Below, piece after piece: positions 51,400-64,000 of a DNA stretch of 64,000 nt. The notes below the pieces were generated by a model. The model worked only from the letters and a program-made list of their open reading frames with translations, did no database searches and was not told where the DNA came from. The stretch's first letter is position 1. Each line of letters starts with the position of its first letter. The position numbers and the translations under genes are program-made. Origin of the DNA: Dimorphilus gyrociliatus (lineage: Eukaryota; Animalia; Annelida); assembly GCA_904063045.1 (NCBI GenBank), contig CAJFCJ010000009.1, positions 1,175,842-1,239,841 of the forward strand. Reading direction: 5' to 3'.

Positions 51400-52509
51400 A
51401 TGTTTATTTATTTATTAATTTGCGGAATATCTTCTTCTCTTATTATCTTGATAACAATCTTCTCTTGTTTAAATTGTACGAAAAAACATCGTAATAGTTT
51501 GTCGAATCTATCAGGTGACCCTTTTTTTCCTTATTTAAACTTAAAAGACAAAGTTTGCCAAAAGCTTTCTTTTTAAAAAAATAGATCAAGCTTCAAAAAC
51601 CTCTGGAGGTGCTGGGAAAATAGAGGAAGGGGTTCTTAGTGTAACTTCACCACAAAGGTTTATGCCCCCTTTCTCGCATGAGCCAAATGATTGGACTGAG
51701 AAAAGAGTAGATCATGTATCTATGACCGGAATGAATTTTAACCCTTTCTCTTCATTACCTTTTGATCCGAAAGAGGAGTTCCTAGAACAAAATAAACTAG
51801 AATTTTCCGATGGCGGTGAAAAACGCTACGATCAAATTCCGGGGAGAAAGTCCATACTAAAGTCAGAAGGATCCAGGTCAACAAATAGCAATGTTGCATT
51901 TGCTCCTAATTTTAGTAGATTAGATTTTGGAGGAGGTCATGGACGAAAAGGCGTATCAAATATTGACCTAAGTTATACTAATTAAGTTTTCGATTAAGAT
52001 TTTCGTCCATGATAGGTGGAGGAGGTGGAAGCTTACCGCCTATGAATGTTATAAAAAAAGCTCATCAAGATGATGAAAAAGGTAAAAAATCTCTGGAGAG
52101 TAATAACGCATTTTCGCCATCAACAACAGCAAAGCCAAGAGCTTCAATTGTAACCTTAGATATGCAGGATTTACATCCAGTAAAGTCCTCTTTGATAGCT
52201 ATAGTCGACCTACATTCAATAAGTAGTAGGTTTGCCGGTTGGCCCAGGTCTAGTTTATATAGTGCAAGACATAGCAGAGTTTCGAGACCAAGCTACGGAG
52301 ACGACGCTCTGAAAATTGATCCTTTAGACGAATTGATCGAATGGAGGAAAACAAGAGATGAAAAATTGAAAGAATTAAGTACCAAAGAACAACAGATCAA
52401 TAACAGTTTAACAGGTAAATCGGAAAATAAGAAAAAGTACGAATTTTCAAGTATAAAGCATTCCTTAATCCCAGAAAGAACTGGTTTCCGAAGGTTAAAT
52501 AACCAATAA
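51400..52509 (+). CDS. Uncharacterised single-pass membrane protein (about 319 aa) with a disordered cytoplasmic tail; exons 51400-51514, 51585-51935, 52016-52509
   Basis: Two phase-1 GT-AG introns (70 and 80 nt; the second has a TACTAAT branch point) join a hydrophobic N-terminus MFIYLLICGISSSLIILITIFSCLNCTKKHR to ORFs 51662 and 52009. Total length is 960 nt, a multiple of 3. Confidence 0.6.
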
Positions 52510-52670
52510 AAACTATATCACAGAGTAACAAATAGTGGAAACTTGACAAACTTTGATTATATTTCTTTTAGTTTGTAATATTTAAAAAGGTTGTAATGAT
52601 TTTTTAAGGAAAAAAATAATATATCAATTATGATGTGTCTTATGATAATAAGGACACTACAGAAAAAAAT

Positions 52671-55600
52671 TTAGCTTTTCCCTCGTTTCTTCGTTGTTTT
52701 CTTCTCTGTTGTTTTCTTTGTTTCCTGTTTCTTTGAAGATGGCTTTTTCGCCTATTAAAAAGAAATAGAGGTAATGAATGATATAGTAAGAAAAATTTAT
52801 AGGCGCTCTTTTCTTTACCTTTTTTATCATAGCATCTTTTGTAATATCATCTTCTTCTGCGCTTTCCTCTATGTTATCCTCTCCCAGCTCTGTTTCATAA
52901 TCATCATCTGCTGCTACTTCTGCTCTCTTTGCTTTGGCTTTTGAGGCGGTGACAATAGCGTAAGGTAACACAAAATTGGCTTTATTAAAAGCTCTTGTAA
53001 AAGCCGCTTTTGTTTTACTTTCTATAGATTTCATGGGATCTATTCCATCCCACTGGGTTATTTCTAATAAGGAATCCATATCTTCCCTGGTCAAGTGGTA
53101 ATCTTCCAAGATAGTCAATACGTCTTTCACTCCTTCGTTTTGTTTCTCAATTAGCGGTTGGGTTAATCTTTTACGTAAAACCGGTAAGTAATCTTGATTA
53201 ATTGCCTGTCTATCGCCAGATGTATTAAGTCTCATGTGCCCCGTCAATTGAGAGACGATTCTTTTATTCTTATTATTTGTTGAATTTCTACCTAGCCATT
53301 GAGGAAAATTAATCATTCCTGACATGTAGCCTCTCATGTATTCCCCAGGAAGGAGACTAGCAAATATCGCCTGAGTTGGCAACAGCGACCACGAACCGGA
53401 AGAGCCCCTAATTTTCTTATCAACAACATCACCAATAGCAATCGAGTCAGCGGCTTTGGCTAATCTCATCAGATGGTTATCCTTCGGTCTTACTTTAATA
53501 TAGTTTTCGTGGACAAACAACGGTGCGATACTGTAATCGTAAAAGAATAAGGATGTTTTCTCTTGAATAGAATTTGAAGCGCAAGATGGATCAAAAACTT
53601 TACGACAAGCGTCAAAAGCTCCAATCTGTATGTCCTTTTTAGATTTAACTGCTTCCCTTTCATCCGGTTTATCTCCACCCGCTGAAAAGAGGCACAGATT
53701 ATGTAAAACCTGGCGAATATCCTGGTTCGTGGAAACAATAATATCCTGAAGGACGTTTGGCGCTATTTTTACGCCCTCTTTATAAGCTATTGTCATAATT
53801 GCCGATTTTATTTGTTCAACTCTGGGACGTTGAACTCTTAAATCGAAGCAGTAGTTTGCCAAAGTCCTTAGTTTAGGATGATTTCGATCATTTGCCATAC
53901 ATATAATAGGAACTTTAGTTGTCTTAATTAATTGAATTAATTGTTGCATTCCTCCCCTGTCCTCATTTCCAGACATTCCATCAACTTCGTCCATCAATAA
54001 AACATGCTCTTTCTTGTCAACTTTATTATCCTTTCCCGATGCCCATTGAGATAAACTAGAGCAGTGTAATAATTCTGAAACCTGGATCAAGGAAAATTTC
54101 ATTCAATCATTTGATAAGGAAAAACGTAAAGGCTAGATTATCACCTGTTCCGTTATGCTCTTCTTCGATCTAGAATCTGAGGCGTTTAATTCAACAAAGC
54201 TATAACCTAACTCTTTACAGACTAAAACCGACATTGTAGTTTTACCAATTCCAGGTGGACCAGAGAGTAACGCAGCTCTATATCCGCCGCCATCCTGATC
54301 AGCCCATTTACCACCACCAAAAATGGGCTTTCTACCGGCCGCTCTATTTGCATGCCAACTACTTAACCAATTCAATAATTTTCTAGCACAGCTCTTATCA
54401 CCTTGCTGACCAATTAACTGCTTCATATTGGTTGGTTTGTATTTATCAACCCATAATTGACCTCGATCAAGATAATTCGCACCTGTTTGATGACTAGTCT
54501 CCGCTCTTTCCCTTTCTACTACTTTCACAACAGGCTTTTCAACCATTTGACGCATCTTCTAAAATTAAGCAGAGTTTATCTCTTTTCTAAACCATGCGAT
54601 TAATAAAATTATATATAAATACCTTAGCTGGTACAGTAGATTCCTTTTCCGTCAAATTTCTCTTCCTATCCCTATCTTGTTCGGCTTTAATTTCTTTTTC
54701 AGCGGCTATTTCGTATTTAGACTTTTTACCTGGTAGAGTTTTTATTAAATGATATAGTTCCTCTTCGGTAATAATTTTTGTTCCTAGTTTTCTAGCCTTT
54801 TCTTCCTTAGAAGCGCCGGGATCTCTTCCCATAACCAAATAACTTGTTCGTTTACTAATACTAGTTGTGACTTTTCCGCCGTATCGTTCTACCAGATGCT
54901 TTGCATCATCACGTTCTAAACCTTCTAAAACACCCGTAACGACGAAAACTAAACCCTCTAAACAATTTTCACTACCCTCTGGTATCTCAATCTGACCAAC
55001 AGCTCTAGGTCCTTCTCTTTGTTTGAATTTTGCATAGGCTAAATTTCTTTTGGCGGACGATGGCGTTTTCACCATATTGGGTGCTGACTCTCCTGTTGGA
55101 GTTTTAGATTTTGGCGCGGTTAGAGGGCGTTTCGCTGGCGTTGGTGTTTTAGAAATAGATAATGGTGAATCGTCTTTCTTCGGTGTTTTTGTTTTAGCTT
55201 TTGTCGGAGACTTGACAACTTTTATAACCTTTTTAGGCGATGGAGTCTTAGCATTGGTCTTGGTTTCTGTTTTAACAACTGCCGGTGAGGGTTTCTTAAC
55301 TTTCTCTTTTTCCATCTTATTAAGTTTATCTAATGTATCCATAAAATCCTCGTCATCGTGTAATTCCTGATCAATTTCGATTCGTTTCTCTATTGTTGTT
55401 TTTTCTTCTTTTTTTTTCTTATTCGGTTTTTCTTTAACTCCTTTCGTTCCCGCTATCTGTATTTTATCTTCGCCAAAGAACTCTTCAGACGATACAATCT
55501 TTTTCGGTGCCGGCTTAGTGCGAAAATATTTGTTCGTTATTGTATGGAAAAATTGAGTTATTATATACCTTTTCTTTTTTCTTTGACTTTTTCGTAGGAG

Positions 55601-56261
55601 CATCCGTTTCGTCATCTAGGCGAAGAAAGTTTAAAATTTATTGTTTCTTTTTTATTTATTTCTGTAAAACCTGAATTAATAAATCCTTTTCGGACTTTTT
55701 TAACTTTTGGCAAGTCATCTTCACTCTCTGAATTAGACATAACATTAGTTATGGGTACATTCTCTTTACGCTTTTCAGGTGAAGATGGAGAACCTAATTG
55801 AGCTTTTTTTCCATATTTTCTTCTTCTGCCTTTTTTTGGAGCGTTTTTAACCATACTTGAATCACTATCTGTTTTCAAGATTATATCTTCTTCAACAGCA
55901 ACAGTTTGGCTCTTTTGCTTGGATTGTGATCTGTCATTCTGCCGTTTTCCTCTAGGCTTTTTCACTTCTGAAACATCAGATTCTGTTTTCTTTGATGGTT
56001 CCTTTTTATTTGCATCTTTAGATGTGGAACTTGGAGCGAAAAATTTTCGGATGTCCTTTTTGTAAAAAGAAGAGATATATAGCAAAAATCAAAACATGCG
56101 CATATGTGTGCTATGAAAAACCGCGGGAAAGTTACTCGTACTAATATAAAGAACTGAACGAAAAAAATATAAATATATTTTAAATCCATGTATATTATAC
56201 ATAATCAAAAAGATTGACAAATTATTATGTCCCACAATAAAGATAATTATAGGCGTACCAT
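52671..56261 (-). CDS. RFC1: Replication factor C subunit 1
   Basis: M|DIRKFF start (ATG-only first exon); BRCT domain (CLEGLVFVVTGVLEGLERD); AAA+ (LWVDKYKP, LLSGPPGIGKTT, LLMDEVDGMSGNEDRGG); RFC1 C-terminal domain; lysine-rich last exon. Confidence 0.96.
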
Positions 56262-56861
56262 GAATCTTGAAGAATTAAGACAGTTAATAAAGAATTAGCT
56301 TTAAAACTTCTTCGAGCTATGTCCCGCTCAGTTTTGCTACAATCCGATATTACAATAACTAATGTAAAAAGTCGGTAAATTTACGCAAACGTTTAAAAAA
56401 GAAACAAGATCAACAATACTGTTTAGAATATTTATAAATAAAATGATGATAAAATTAAAGCATGTTGAAAAATATTAATATAATGTTTACAAAACAATTG
56501 CACAATAATATACGAAGTTTAAATTATATTTCACAAATCCAGTTTCCGGTTCAATATGAATGTTCTTCAAAATTTAAATTCTACAGATCATCTTATTTAA
56601 GAGCAAAGTTTTTGTTAATTCAATAATAAAAGAAGCACCAAAATGATTGAAGAATATTTTGACGAAGATAAAATGTTAGTATATAATAAATTTGGTAAAT
56701 AAACCAGCATCTTTTGTTACCTGCATAATAATACACGCATGACAACACATGTTCCGCTCCATTTGTTTTGTTGCAAATCACGACATCTATTAAATTTTCC
56801 ATCATCAAACATATGTCTATAATATGAGTCCATTAACAGTAAAAATTGAAGAGCGGCCATA

Positions 56862-58412
56862 ATGCCGAAATATTCTTACATGCCTGTTTTAACGTTCGAT
56901 CCTGATATTGAAACAAAAATGCCAAGAATTAAGGATTACAATCAATTTGAAGATAGAATGTTAGTATGAAAGCATGCTTTGCTTTAGTAAGAAAAATTTA
57001 ATATTGAAAGACAGGTGTTTTATTATAAGTTTTCATTAAAGCAGATGTAGTATTCTCCCCCTAATTCCTAATCCCAGCTAAAGCCAATCATGGCATTGCT
57101 TTATGCATTTTATAGCTAACCAACATACATATGTTACAGGGGTATGACGGTCACGTCAGGAACGACCACCTTACGTAAAAGCGATCAGAATCTCGTAGGA
57201 ATCTCGATTGGTGGTGGATCTCCATTATGCCCTTGCGTTTTTATCGTTCAAGTTTTTGATAATACACCAGCGTCTATAGATGGCACTTTAGCAGCTGGAG
57301 ATGAAATAGTGGCTATAGAGGGAAAAAGCGTTAAAGGGAGGAGTAAAGTTGAAGTTGCAAGAATGATTCAAAGTGTCAAGGATTGCGTAAAAATCAATTA
57401 TAATAAATTGCATGCAGACCCCAAACAAGGGAAGACTTTAGATATTGTACTAAAGAAGATTAAACATAAAGTTGTCGAAGGAATGAGTGCATCAACAGCT
57501 GATGCACTTGGACTAAGCAGAGCTATATTATGTAATGATTCTTTAGTAAAAAAGCTAGGTGAATTAGAAAGAACTGCGGAAATGTATAAAGGAATGGTTG
57601 ATCACACAAAGGAAATAATAAAATGTTTTCTTGAATTGTCAAATTCTCATAGAGATTTCGGGGATATATTCTCTGAAATAGGAGTAAGGGAACCTCAGCC
57701 TGCAGCTTCCAAAGCTTTTTCTACGCTTGGTGAAGCTCATAGAAATGTTGAAAAATCCGCTCTACAGTGCCTTTCAAAGGTTAAACCAGTTGTTCAAGAT
57801 TTGAATACATTTCTTAACAAGGCTGTACCCGATACTAAGCTAACAGTGAAGAAATATTTGGATGTAAAGTTTGAGTATTTATCTTATTGCTTGAAAGTGA
57901 AGGAGATGGATGATGAAGAATATGCATTTAATTCTTTAGGAGAACCTCTCTATAGAGTTGAAACTGGAAATTATGAATATCGACTGATTTTAAGATGTAG
58001 ACAATTAGCTAAAAAGAAATTTGCTAATCTTAGATCTGACGTTTTAGTAAAGTTAGAATTATTAGATCAGAAGCATGTTCAAGATGTTGTTTTTCAATTA
58101 CAAAGATTAATTACAGCAATGAGTAGTTATCACACAGACTGTCACGAGATTTTAAAAGGGGCCCAACTATTTCCGATAGAGGTTGATCTAGCTCAGTCGA
58201 CCCTTTCGTACACAAATACCGATGATAATCATCCGGATGAAGATGGTGACGAAGATGGTGAAGAAGTTGATGAACAATCGCACACGAGGGTCACTAGGCC
58301 TGATATAAATGACTTATTTGCTGAAGAAGCTATTGAAGCAAAAGAAACTGAGGAACCAAGAGAAGAAGAAACAGAAGATAATGCAAATACTCCGCTTATT
58401 TCAATTGATTAA
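56862..58412 (+). CDS. PICK1: PRKCA-binding protein PICK1 (PDZ + BAR/arfaptin); exons 56862-56959, 57140-58412
   Basis: FEDRM|GMTVT, NLVGISIGGGSPLCPC, ADPKQGKTLDIVLKK, SASTADALGLSRAILCND, RVETGNYEYRLILRCRQ, acidic tail. Confidence 0.96.
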
Positions 58413-58526
58413 CTTTTGTTACACTTTTACTCGATTTACTGTTTTTAGAGGAATCAGATACTTAAATTTTTTAAGATTATACTTCTGGATAAAGTTTATA
58501 ATACATTGAAAATCTCAACTATTTGC

Positions 58527-60814
58527 TTAGTTGTTTAAGTCATGCACATAAAATCCTTTACGATTAAAGTACATTGGTGTGTCCCTTGACTTTCCCCTTG
58601 TAAACCGCTGAGCAACACAATTTATATCCGCAATGGATTGTTCCGTTTCCTGTAAAAGAAAGTTATAAAGCATATGATTTATGACCGAAATATAAAAAAC
58701 AAAATTTTATCAATTTCCTACTTACATCCTGATGATTCGATACACACCAGACTTGTATTGATTGAAGTAATAGATGAAATTGTTCATTTATTATAAGATT
58801 AGGATCGGTGGGAATTGAATTTGTCTGTTTTTTTTTTTTTTTTGAAGAAAAGGACGAAATATTATTAAAAGTACAAAAAAAATTTAGAAGCTTTAAAGAA
58901 ATATCTTACAGTATATTCAATTGTTCTTAAGGCAGCGTTGTTACAACAGTTGAATATCTTATTATTGTTTTCAATTTGAACACGCCAAAGAGAGGTTGTT
59001 GATGGAAAATCACATGCCAAGCCCAGAATTAATTCAATTTTATAATTGCTAAGGTTTGCTTTACATTTTAGATAGGTTGGATTACATAGAATGCCAAACA
59101 TTTTTGACGTTTCACCGCATTCTTCACGAACCTAATAAAAATTTTTAAATTATTAAATCAAAAGCTTATCGTAATGATTATCTATTCTTACATCTTCCTC
59201 GCTAATTTTTTTCCATTCTTCTGAGAATTCCAATTTAACTGGAGGATTTAATTTCTTTAGCGTAGCGAGATTTTCTAGATCTGATATTTGTTTCCTCAAT
59301 GATAACCGATATATTACTCTGTCTCTTATTCTTTTAATAGTATCCTAAAAAAAAAGAGAACGAATTATGTAATTTAATCGATAAGATAATCATTTGTTTT
59401 TTCATACTTGAATTGATGGATCTATTTCCAGACAACTCTGACTCTCCGTTAAAATTTGTAAACCAGATATCTTTTGAGCCCAAATATAAGGTTTACCGAT
59501 GTTTTCAAAACAGTCGTCCATGTCCTTTACACCATTCTTAGAAAGCAGTTGTTTTGTAATTGAGTCAGGAACATATTCACCTGTATCATCTTTATAGAGG
59601 CAAGAGAAAAGGGTATTAGTATTGAGAATATCTTCATAACTTTTCACTTCTGGGATATTAGTCAAAGAGGGAATCGATACATGAACGGTTATTAGTTTCA
59701 AAACAGTTAAGTATCTAAAGGTCAATTGAAAAGTATCGTTTGCCTTTGGTAGTTGAATATTTAGCTTAATATGTAATGGATAGCAATGTAAAACTTTTTG
59801 TTTTTTAACATCGGTTGTTATCTTTTGAACGGCGTGTTTTCCTCTTCTCTTTTTTTTCACAACTTCTTCTTTATCCACATCATCTTCTTGGCCACTATCA
59901 CTGTCGAAATTGTCCGGTAAGCCATTCCTTTCTAACATGGCTTCACTAATATCTCCAACAATGTCGACTGTAACAGAGTGATCACAGGCTTTTGCGTAAG
60001 AATCCAACTGGAGAAATAATGTATACAAAGGGCGAGATAAGAGATTTGCTTTTGAATGTAAATCTTTTGTCTTATCAATTGGTATTTCTAAGTAGTCCTG
60101 AAGAGGTTGAGAACTTTCCAGCAAACATTCTAATTTCGGTTTTAAAGCTTCCAACTTATTTCTTTGACCATCGGCAATACTGACAATATTATCCCTTTCG
60201 TCGCAGAGCGTTTTATACTCGTCTGCTAAAGATTTCCTCTGTTCCAGTTCGTATTCCAGTCTGAATAATTTCTGCTTATGTTCATCTGTTTTAGTCGCTT
60301 CATTAGCCAAGCGCGGAGGAGCTTCCGAGTAGAATTGTTCCACATCTACTAAATCTATATCTCCATCATCAGATTTAAATTGCAAGCATTTGTCAATTTC
60401 CTTCTTAAAATGTCCTAATTCATATTGCAAATTTTGCAAATCCAAATATTTCTCATCGGCTAATTTTTTTGATTCTTCAGTTCTATTTCTAGCATCATTG
60501 AGTCGTGTCTTTGAAGTTCTATTTACAGTTTTTAGTGTTACGAAGTGAGCAGTAATAGACGCTTTTAAGAAATCAATCTTTTCTGTATTTGAATTATCAC
60601 GCCGCAGTTGCTTAAGTTGTGTTAGATGCTCCTCAATCGTAGCAACAGCTTTCAAATGATCTGATACATCTTTTTTGATAGTTCTTTTACTTATGCTTTC
60701 ATCTTCTCTTTTGTAGAATGAGGCTGTCAGTTGGAGTGGCGAATCTTTTGATTCGCGAGAATTATTTTTTCTTTTCTCATGCTTAGAGCGTTGTTCGGAT
60801 GATCGGTTAGCCAT
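58527..60814 (-). CDS. THOC5: THO complex subunit 5
   Basis: HFVTLKTVNR, LDLQNLQYELGHFKKEIDKCLQFKS, RLEYELEQRK, LSRPLYTLF, YIWAQKISGL; last exon RGKSRDTPMYFNRKGFY resembles the THOC5 C-terminus. Confidence 0.9.
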
Positions 60815-61690
60815 TATATTTACGAGAAATTATCTTTTATAATAACCACGAGGAGGAAATCCTCGGACGGAAGTTGTATTTTAGCCGGTGGCGTCAAGAT
60901 CAGAATTTGGTCACATGGCCAATAAGAACACTTGATTGTTGAATATTCAGAAGTTATCAACCAATTAAGAGCTTTGTTACAAAAACGCGAAATGTATATT
61001 TTACTTTTTTTCTTAACCTTGACCTTTAGAATGTTTCGCGCAATTTTTCAAATAAATTATTCGATAAGTCGTTGAGATTATACACGCCTCCATAAATTAA
61101 TTCTATTGACTGTTAAGCAGTCTTACAAATTGAATAATTAAAATTTCTGAGAAGTTGTCGACACGGAATTTTTTACAAGTTTAAAGACTATTAGCTGCTG
61201 TGAATAAATTATATGTTGTATTAAATATATTTCATGTACAGTACTAATATATATTTTACAGAAAATAACTTAACGTTACCGCCTGTATTGAAATACATAC
61301 TTTATAGATAACAATCACAGTAATAAATGGATAAAATTTATAAAGGTTCTTCACTGGAGAAATAATTAGCAGACGCAAAGTTAAAAATAAACATAAGACC
61401 TTTTAAACAAATTGCATTAAAATAAATAAATCTGAAAAATTAACTCAATTTTCACGAATTAATTTTAAAAACATTCGTTATATTTTTTAATGTAATGGTT
61501 TATAGATAGAGGGCGCTTATGAATACGGGGGAGGGGGAAAACAATGAATAAAAGTATAATAGTTATCAATAATTAATAGCGTAAAAAGAGAGATCAACTG
61601 GTATTTGATTGAAAGAGTTTTTTTTAATTTAATAAATGTTAATTGGATTAAAACTATTAGAGAAAATAATGATATTTTTAGAATATTCGA

Positions 61691-63453
61691 TTAATCTGGC
61701 GGATATTTAGCGTCGACGATTTCCAACGTTCGCTGCAGTTTAAAAACATTAATACGAATATCTCCGTAAGAATTTAAAGGCATTTCGTGTAATCTCCAAT
61801 AAGACTGCTGAAGCATATCAGCAGTTTGCCATATGATTGTATGCGCAACATTTCTAGGGATTACGGCTCCATCGTGCGTTGTTGGCATATATTCTATTAC
61901 TGTAGCGTTTGCAGTAGCCATTTGAATTGAATGCATTGAACTTCCGTGTATACCTATAATAATTCTTGATTTGGGTAGAATTTCTAAGCTCTTCTCCAAA
62001 GTTTCGAGGTCATCTGAAGAGAGACTATAAACGTTTTGGTATCGTTCCCTTAAAAAAGCTTCAATAACTTGATAATTTACAATCTTTCTCTTCAATTCTC
62101 CCCCAGAAGAATAAATAAAAGTAACACAGCTGTTTTCTAACGGAATATTTAAATAATTCGAGCCGATAAGCTTCTTTCTGGCCTTCTGCCATAATATTGG
62201 ATGTAGTGGGGGTGTTAGGCATGTGTTAATGTGATAATTCACTTTATAAAACGCTCTATCGTAGTAGACTATTCGTTCGGATAAATTCAATTTTCTTAGA
62301 ATTTGTTGTACAATCCTATTCCTTGGTCTAAATAATACTAAATATGCCGATGTTTCCTTTAAAACGTCGTAGGCCTAAAGGAATATCATTTGAAAACATT
62401 TTATATATTGAGATTTTGTACTTTTACTTAAATAAAGGAAAGTCAAATTAAGGCATCTGTTCTAAAAAAAACAAAAAAACGTTACGCTGCACGTTCTTTA
62501 CTCTTATGAGCTTTATTGCTAACGTGTAAGCTGATTTATTCTTTTAATGACTTTAGATGAATGAGAAAGATCTAGTATCTTTGTAGAAAAAAAACACAAT
62601 GATTAGTATAGAGCTACTCTATATCTCTTTTCATTTTACTTTGTCTCTCTCTCTATCCTCCACTCTCTATTTCTATTTTTATTTGTATTTTTTTTCCTGT
62701 GCAGGTATTCCTCTCATTGTGTTGTCTTTCTTTTGCTCTTTCTCTTTATACTACTGCCTCTAAATAATTTACACTACTCTATATATCTCTTTTATCTCTT
62801 CCCTATCTTCCTACTCATTACCTCGTCCTATTTATTTAATCTCTGGGTGAGAGTTAAATCAGAAACCTTTTCGAATAAGTTAAATAGGGTTTCTCTTTCA
62901 AATGACATTCCTGCATAATCTTTGGTAAAACACCATCCATAAAGTGCTGAAAGCTATCTGATTGCGGAACGAGCAAACCAGTTGCTATTTTTAACGTTTT
63001 CACCCTTCTATTGGACGTTCTTACTTCAAAATCTTTAAGATTTGTTTTCCAACCGCAATCGAATGATTCGTGTATTGATGCATTTTTCTGAAAAATTATT
63101 CGACCTTGTAAACGACTTCCGGAGACGTCTTTTAAAGCTTCGATATTTAAATCAGAACTTAGAAAGGCCGCTTCATCCTTTTGATCAATAAATTTTGGTT
63201 TATGGATAACGAAAGACGGATAATTAATTATCCTATCAATTTTTTTTAGAAAACTTCCGGTTTTTATAGGCCTGTGTGCTATATAAGCTATACGAACTCT
63301 TTTAGTATCGGCCGCCGCGTCTAGAGTTGATCGGTCATTGTGATTGATGATATCGAAGTTCAATTTTATAGCCAAAGAAAACAGGCAAACAATGCAGAAG
63401 ATAGCTCCGAACAGCGGAAATCTTCTACACCATTTCTTTGCGTATCTCTTCAT
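61691..63453 (-). CDS. Glycosyltransferase family 61-like (DUF563) type II membrane protein; two exons, junction ambiguous
   Basis: N-terminal signal anchor; SFQHFMDGVLPKIMQ; IIIGIHGSSMHSIQMA..VIEY resembles the GT61 GxHGAGL motif. Exon 2 starts at 62374 in phase 0. Confidence 0.65.
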
Positions 63454-63915
63454 GCGTAGGCCTATTCTTTTCCCACGCGATTCCTTTATAATCGCTTTCT
63501 GATTGAGAATCCAATGTGGATGGTATTTGGTATGTACATTATGGATAACTTAATCTTTTTTTCTGACGTTCGTGTTCTTGTTACTCACTTTCGTCTTGCT
63601 CCTTTGAGAGGGATTAGATATAAATCCAACTTTATCCTTAAATTTTATACGTCGAAGCAATAGCAGCGATGAAAAGTCTTGTGAGAAGCTCGTCTTACTA
63701 AACTTACTTTGCTCTTTCCATTATTATTATCTTCTCATTTTACGGTTGGAGAATTTCTATACAATGTGTTGCAGTTTACACAAAAGAGATGTTCTTATAG
63801 TTTGAATACTGACAATCTTGTACTACAGCGAGCGATGTTGGCAACGATCAATGCTGCCGTTGAATACCTTTTATGACAAATAAATAAATATATACTGAAA
63901 AAACTTTTACTAGCG

Positions 63916-63929
63916 GTGCCCCCTACTGG
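63916..63929 (-). promoter_or_regulatory. CTCF consensus motif upstream of the GT61-like gene
   Basis: GTGCCCCCTACTGG = reverse complement CCAGTAGGGGGCAC, 14/14 match to CCASYAGRKGGCRS. Confidence 0.6.
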
Positions 63930-64000
63930 TAAAGCCATTTACCCTTTTCAAGGTCTTTTTTCGAGGAGTACTTGAGTTAGTTAAAATAAAGGTTTCTCTT

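Noticed and set aside
55050-55370. 106-aa plus-strand ORF
   Set aside because: Antisense to the Lys/Pro/Thr-rich RFC1 exon, a typical codon-bias shadow.
61503-61516. Partial CTCF-like core TAGAGGGCGC
   Set aside because: The 5' CCAS part does not match, and it lies in a 3'UTR/intergenic region without other support.

Overview
AT-rich, very gene-dense eukaryotic (animal) genomic DNA, not prokaryotic. About 28 spliced protein-coding genes can be reconstructed in 64 kb, with mostly 50-75 nt GT-AG introns and many head-to-head pairs sharing short promoters. This fits a miniaturised invertebrate genome; a compact annelid such as Dimorphilus is a guess, not verified. Gene order: CEP70 (3' part), tandem Myb/SANT trihelix protein, COG4, divergent histone-H3-fold protein, MOCS3, TMLHE, DAZAP1-like, SPOUT1, AMPK-beta, MTHFD1, PRPSAP, PECR, STYXL1, two inverted RPS26 copies, attractin, Tudor-domain protein, MRPL22, hnRNP A/B-D (squid-like), carboxypeptidase E, GT7 pseudo-glycosyltransferase, mini cytochrome b5, ankyrin-SOCS box protein, novel single-pass adaptor-like protein, RFC1, PICK1, THOC5, GT61-like protein. 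No rRNA, tRNA, CRISPR array or intact transposon was seen. Most interesting: (1) an unusually divergent, intron-containing H3-fold gene missed by the ORF track; (2) tandem duplicated, phase-locked alternative exons in the AMPK-beta glycogen-binding module; (3) a head-to-head RPS26 duplication with a palindromic shared promoter; (4) an intact but catalytically dead GT7 enzyme; (5) a cytochrome b5 ORF ending 16 nt before an ankyrin-SOCS ORF; (6) several candidate regulatory splicing events. All exon models and homologies come from manual reading and recalled family motifs; no database searches were run.
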